A stretch of 64,000 bases of DNA from Callorhinchus milii (taxonomy: Eukaryota), in NCBI RefSeq assembly GCF_018977255.1, contig NW_024704743.1, forward strand, positions 46,440,001-46,504,000, written 5' to 3'. Below the pieces are notes generated by a model. That model searched no databases. It saw nothing but the letters and a program-made list of their open reading frames with translations, and was not told where the DNA came from. Positions 60,200-64,000 of the stretch are shown here, piece by piece; position 1 is the stretch's first letter; each line of letters starts with the position of its first letter. The position numbers were made by a program, and so were the translations under genes.

Positions 60200-61930
60200 A
60201 CACAAGTCTCATGCACACTCCTGCTTTACGTTCCATGACCCAATAACTCCCAAGTTCGTAGGCGTAGCTTTGGGTGTCATTTGTGAGATTTGTAAAAGGA
60301 TTTGGTAATAGTGAGGGTTCTAGAATCTGGCATGTGTCGGTGGCCGAACCTTTGAATACCATTGCCAATCTTATTTTCAACAACTTTCGAATCAGTGTCC
60401 AAGCAACATTCCCAATGCTCATCTGTGACACATCCAGGATTCAGGATTTACCAATCCTTTGCGATTCTTCCAACTTGGATCGTCCATTCGTTTTTTTTAA
60501 GTTTCCAACAAATATTGCTGACTTGTGATGTTCAGTTTTAAATAGTACTTCTAACACTGTGTAGATTGGGCACGGACCACACTATCGTTTTAGAGAGAAT
60601 ATTCCTACTATAGCAGCCTACATAAACATTACCAAGTAATCCTGTCAATTTGGAACAGAGGTGGGTAAGTTAGATAATTTTTTTTCGGTGTATTTCATGC
60701 GTGTTCTGTGAATTTTAGCTTCACTGACAGTAATCCCATGGAGTATTTTACCTCCAATTGAGCTGCAGAGATGATGGAAATATAATTAGAACTTTTTAGA
60801 CAGGCTAATATTTGCCAGATTCAGTACAAGGTCACCAGAGACATGTGAAAGGATACAGATACACTGAGTAAAAAATGTATGCTCAGATTAAGACGCTTGC
60901 TTTTATTTCCAAATGTGTCTATTTTAATTGATGTGTATACTGTTTGCTTTACCTAGATTGAATGCCTTTGGGAATTTGGGATTCAGTAAAACGTGTTTAT
61001 GCATTTGCTATATTAGGCTGGTTTAGCTGAAGCACAGAAGGCAAGGGAAGCACAGTGGTAAATTGCTGGGGAGCTGGATTCTCAACTAGGTGACCTGAGG
61101 TTAAATTTCCTTCTCAGTGTATGTTAAGACTCAAAAGGATGAATGTGCTAGTCACAGTGTTGCATTCTAAAGTAGGGAGAGTGAATTTTAGTCTGGAGGT
61201 TCTTGCTGCACCATTAAAACATTCCACCCTGTACTTTATAAGAGACTTTTGAATGAAGACGGCCCTTTGATCCATTTGATTTTATCTTTGCAGAATGCCA
61301 ACCCTATCTTTTTACCAAAATAAGGAGCATGGAGTGTGATGTCCACTGAGATATCCATGTCTCAGACCTTTTCTATCTGGCTGGCCATGTGACATATGTT
61401 GAAACCCAAACCAAACTACTGAGTGTTCCACATTTTCATGGAAATTTCTGTTTGTTTGGAATGGAGTGTGCACTTTTCCCCCCGATAAATGTATCAGGCT
61501 CATCTACCCCATTATAATGGGTCTGTACTGTACCAATAAGGAACACTGAATGATCATGAGGCGAGGGAGCAAAACATGCTAATATGTTGACAGACTTTGA
61601 TAACTAATGTTACAGGACTCAACAGAGAAAAGAACTTGGTAAATATCTGGTTAGGAATTGTGAGACCTCGGTAGTGAAAATAAGCTTACCAAATAGTGTA
61701 TGAGGTTCTTGTGCTTTGGGGGCATGGAAGTGCCATCTGTGGGAAGCAACTGTACAGGATTAATGAATCTCCCAAGCCATCAGTATGATATGCTGCAGTT
61801 TTGTGAATATTCAAAAGGAGGCCTTTGTTGTCCAATTCCAGTGACATACATAGAGAATTTCCATGAACCCAACGCACTTCATCCAGGTATGGCAAATGTT
61901 TTAAATTTAATCATTTCTATATGTCCCTCA
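60200..61930 (-). mobile_element. Very degraded RTE-like LINE pieces (about 61650-61930 and 60200-60500)
   Basis: GLLLNIHKT (post-YADD motif) and RFGHRHMPDSR (GH..RMPD.R motif) are collinear on the minus strand. Confidence 0.35.
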
Positions 61931-63284
61931 TTTGAGAATTTTGGAGAGTTTGAGAAACTGACATTATTTGGTTAGAAAATGATAATGTGCAAACAGAAGT
62001 TAAAAGGTGAATAGTTCTGAAATATCACACTTTGCAGCAATGTCATTGCAAATGGCTTGCTTGACCGTGCAGGTAAGGGTGATTGTCTATGCAGACCTTG
62101 CTAGGTGCAGTTTCTCTTTATTTTCAGCTTTGAGGAACCTTTTGTGAGCTCTTCAGCATTCAGCGAACAATACTTTGGGAATTGTAGACATTGATAGATG
62201 TCCGGGAACAACCTAACCTGTTCCTGTTAATGTTTAAAGGTGTCTAGTTCTGAAATATTTAAAACAATACACTTGTTCCTGACAAGGACTCCAATTGAAC
62301 TTAATGCTTTCAATATTTCAGGAAAGGTACTGAAACATATCAGCAATATTTAAAAGAAAATCAATACAAATGTATATGATTCAAATCAATATCACTTCAG
62401 TGTGTCCACTGATACCAGCGATAATTCTCTGTTATGCTCTTCAGCAGATCTCAGCAAACCTGAGCTACCCTTTACATAGTACAATATTAACAGGTGGAAT
62501 TCAAATTTTGGCAACTGATGGAAAAACTGCATCACAAGTTCCTCTCTTAAATCAAGAAAGAGGCCTTGGTTATTTGGGGATTGTTACACTGCCTCCCAAA
62601 CCACACCATTTTACCAGACTCCATTCAGCATTCTTTTCATGTTTGAGTGAACTGAAACTTTCACTTCATTTTTGATCTGAACACATCTGGTATTTTGTGA
62701 AATGCGGCTTTTATTAAGATTTACTGAGAAAAATGAAAGGTTTCAACTGGTGTTGTAATCAGGGTAAAGTGCTGGTAATCTAATTAAGCCATATTTGGGT
62801 TGAAACAGAAGTAATAGCAGTCAGTCCCTTCTCTCCAAGCTAATCACATTTTCTGTGCATTAGAAACTGGGAGCAGGGAGAGAGCCCAGCAGAAGCTTGT
62901 AGTCATTTGGTTGCTCTCTAATGTTAATGTAATTGTTTAGCAAAACCTTATCTGTATCTTGTGTGGCTTACTTACAAAAGCAAATATAAATGGTCTTTGC
63001 ACTGTTGATGTCTTCTAGTAATCCATGTGGCAATGTTGTTTAATATGAAAGGAAACCCATGATGCATGACTGATATGAATCTCGATGTCAGTCAGCTGTT
63101 CAGCTGGAGGTTAATTGTTTGCATATTCGTTTTGCAATGAACGCTTTCTGTTTCAGAATGTAGCATTGATGGCTGGTCTGGTTTTGTTTCAAATGATGTT
63201 TCCTCTGGTGTTTAAATGGTTAATCATATTACAGTAGTCACTTTTCTATCAGAAAATGAAAATAAGGGCTGATAATACCACACA

Positions 63285-64000
63285 AAACACAATATTACAT
63301 TTGTATAGTGCCTTTCACGTTGGAAGGACGTCCCAAGGCACTGGAAAGACAGGGATTTGGATCCGAGCAGGAAGGTTGGGATCAGGGAGGGTAGTGGGCA
63401 GGGAGAGTAGGATGGTGACCAAAGTCGCGGCCGAAGACGTGCCTTGAAGGAGGCAAGGGAGAGAGCGAGGCAAAGGGAATGTGGGATGGAGTTTCAAAGG
63501 GTGTGGCAGAGAGTCTGAAGGCCCGACCACCGATGGTGGAGCGGGCCGGTGGGGGACATGGAGCAGGCCAGAGCCTGCTGAGTGGAGGGAGCAGACAGGT
63601 TGATAAGGTGTTAGCAGGTCGGAGCTAGGGAGGGGCAAGGCCGTGAAGGGCCTTGAAGACGAGGATTTTGAACTCTATCCTCTGGGGGATGGGAAGTCAG
63701 TTGAGGATGGGGGTGATTGGGGTCACAGAGCCTGGTGCGGCAGAGGACATGAGCTGCAGAGTTCTGGATGATCTGCAGCTTGTGGAGGGAAGTATTCGGG
63801 AGGCCAACAAGCAGGGAGTTTGCGTAGTCAAGCTTTGATGTTATGAATGCATGTCTCGGTGGCCTGCGGTGTGAGATAGTGGTGGAGCCGGCCGATGTTG
63901 CAGAGGTGGGAAAGGCAGAGCGGGTTATGGCACAGATGTGGCGTAGAAAGTACTGTTGAGAGTCAAACAAGCCGCCAAGGTTCTGGACTGGCTCAGTGAG
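63285..64000 (-). mobile_element. L2 LINE running off the window end
   Basis: HAFITSKLDYANSLLVGLPNTSLHKLQIIQNSAAHVL plus tail. Confidence 0.93.

Noticed and set aside
62038..62078. 35-nt pseudo-exon with a strong CAG|gtaagg donor
   Set aside because: The polypyrimidine tract is poor and it does not encode the expected QQEQDPTN.
1..64000. A novel multi-gene or prokaryote-like system
   Set aside because: There is no operon structure and no unexplained long ORF. The content is explained by one exon, transposon debris and intronic unique DNA.

Overview
This is vertebrate nuclear DNA, most likely from a cartilaginous fish. The repeat complement (tRNA/Deu-domain SINEs with L2-type tails, L2 and CR1 LINEs, Penelope termini, an LF-SINE) resembles Callorhinchus/shark families as I recall them; this was not checked against a database. 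The window is almost all intron. It holds one clearly coding 92-nt exon on the + strand (34510-34601, [31 protein letters not shown]), the RRM1 RNP1 exon of an RBMS-family gene, most likely RBMS3. I found no neighbouring exon in the 34.5 kb upstream or 29.4 kb downstream. The rest is layered transposon debris (L2, CR1, RTE, Penelope, SINEs, Academ, hAT and pogo remnants) and AT-rich unique sequence. The ORF-track entries are transposon fragments or chance ORFs. I see no new multi-gene system. The best leads are: a candidate 16-nt poison micro-exon starting with an in-frame TGA (43324-43339); a Penelope-type minimal hammerhead core (8181-8216, - strand); a perfect 19-bp hairpin at 49839; a small palindromic repeat family; a 64-bp hAT MITE with a perfect TSD; and signs of SINE/L2 tail co-evolution. 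Repeat boundaries were estimated by eye and are approximate.
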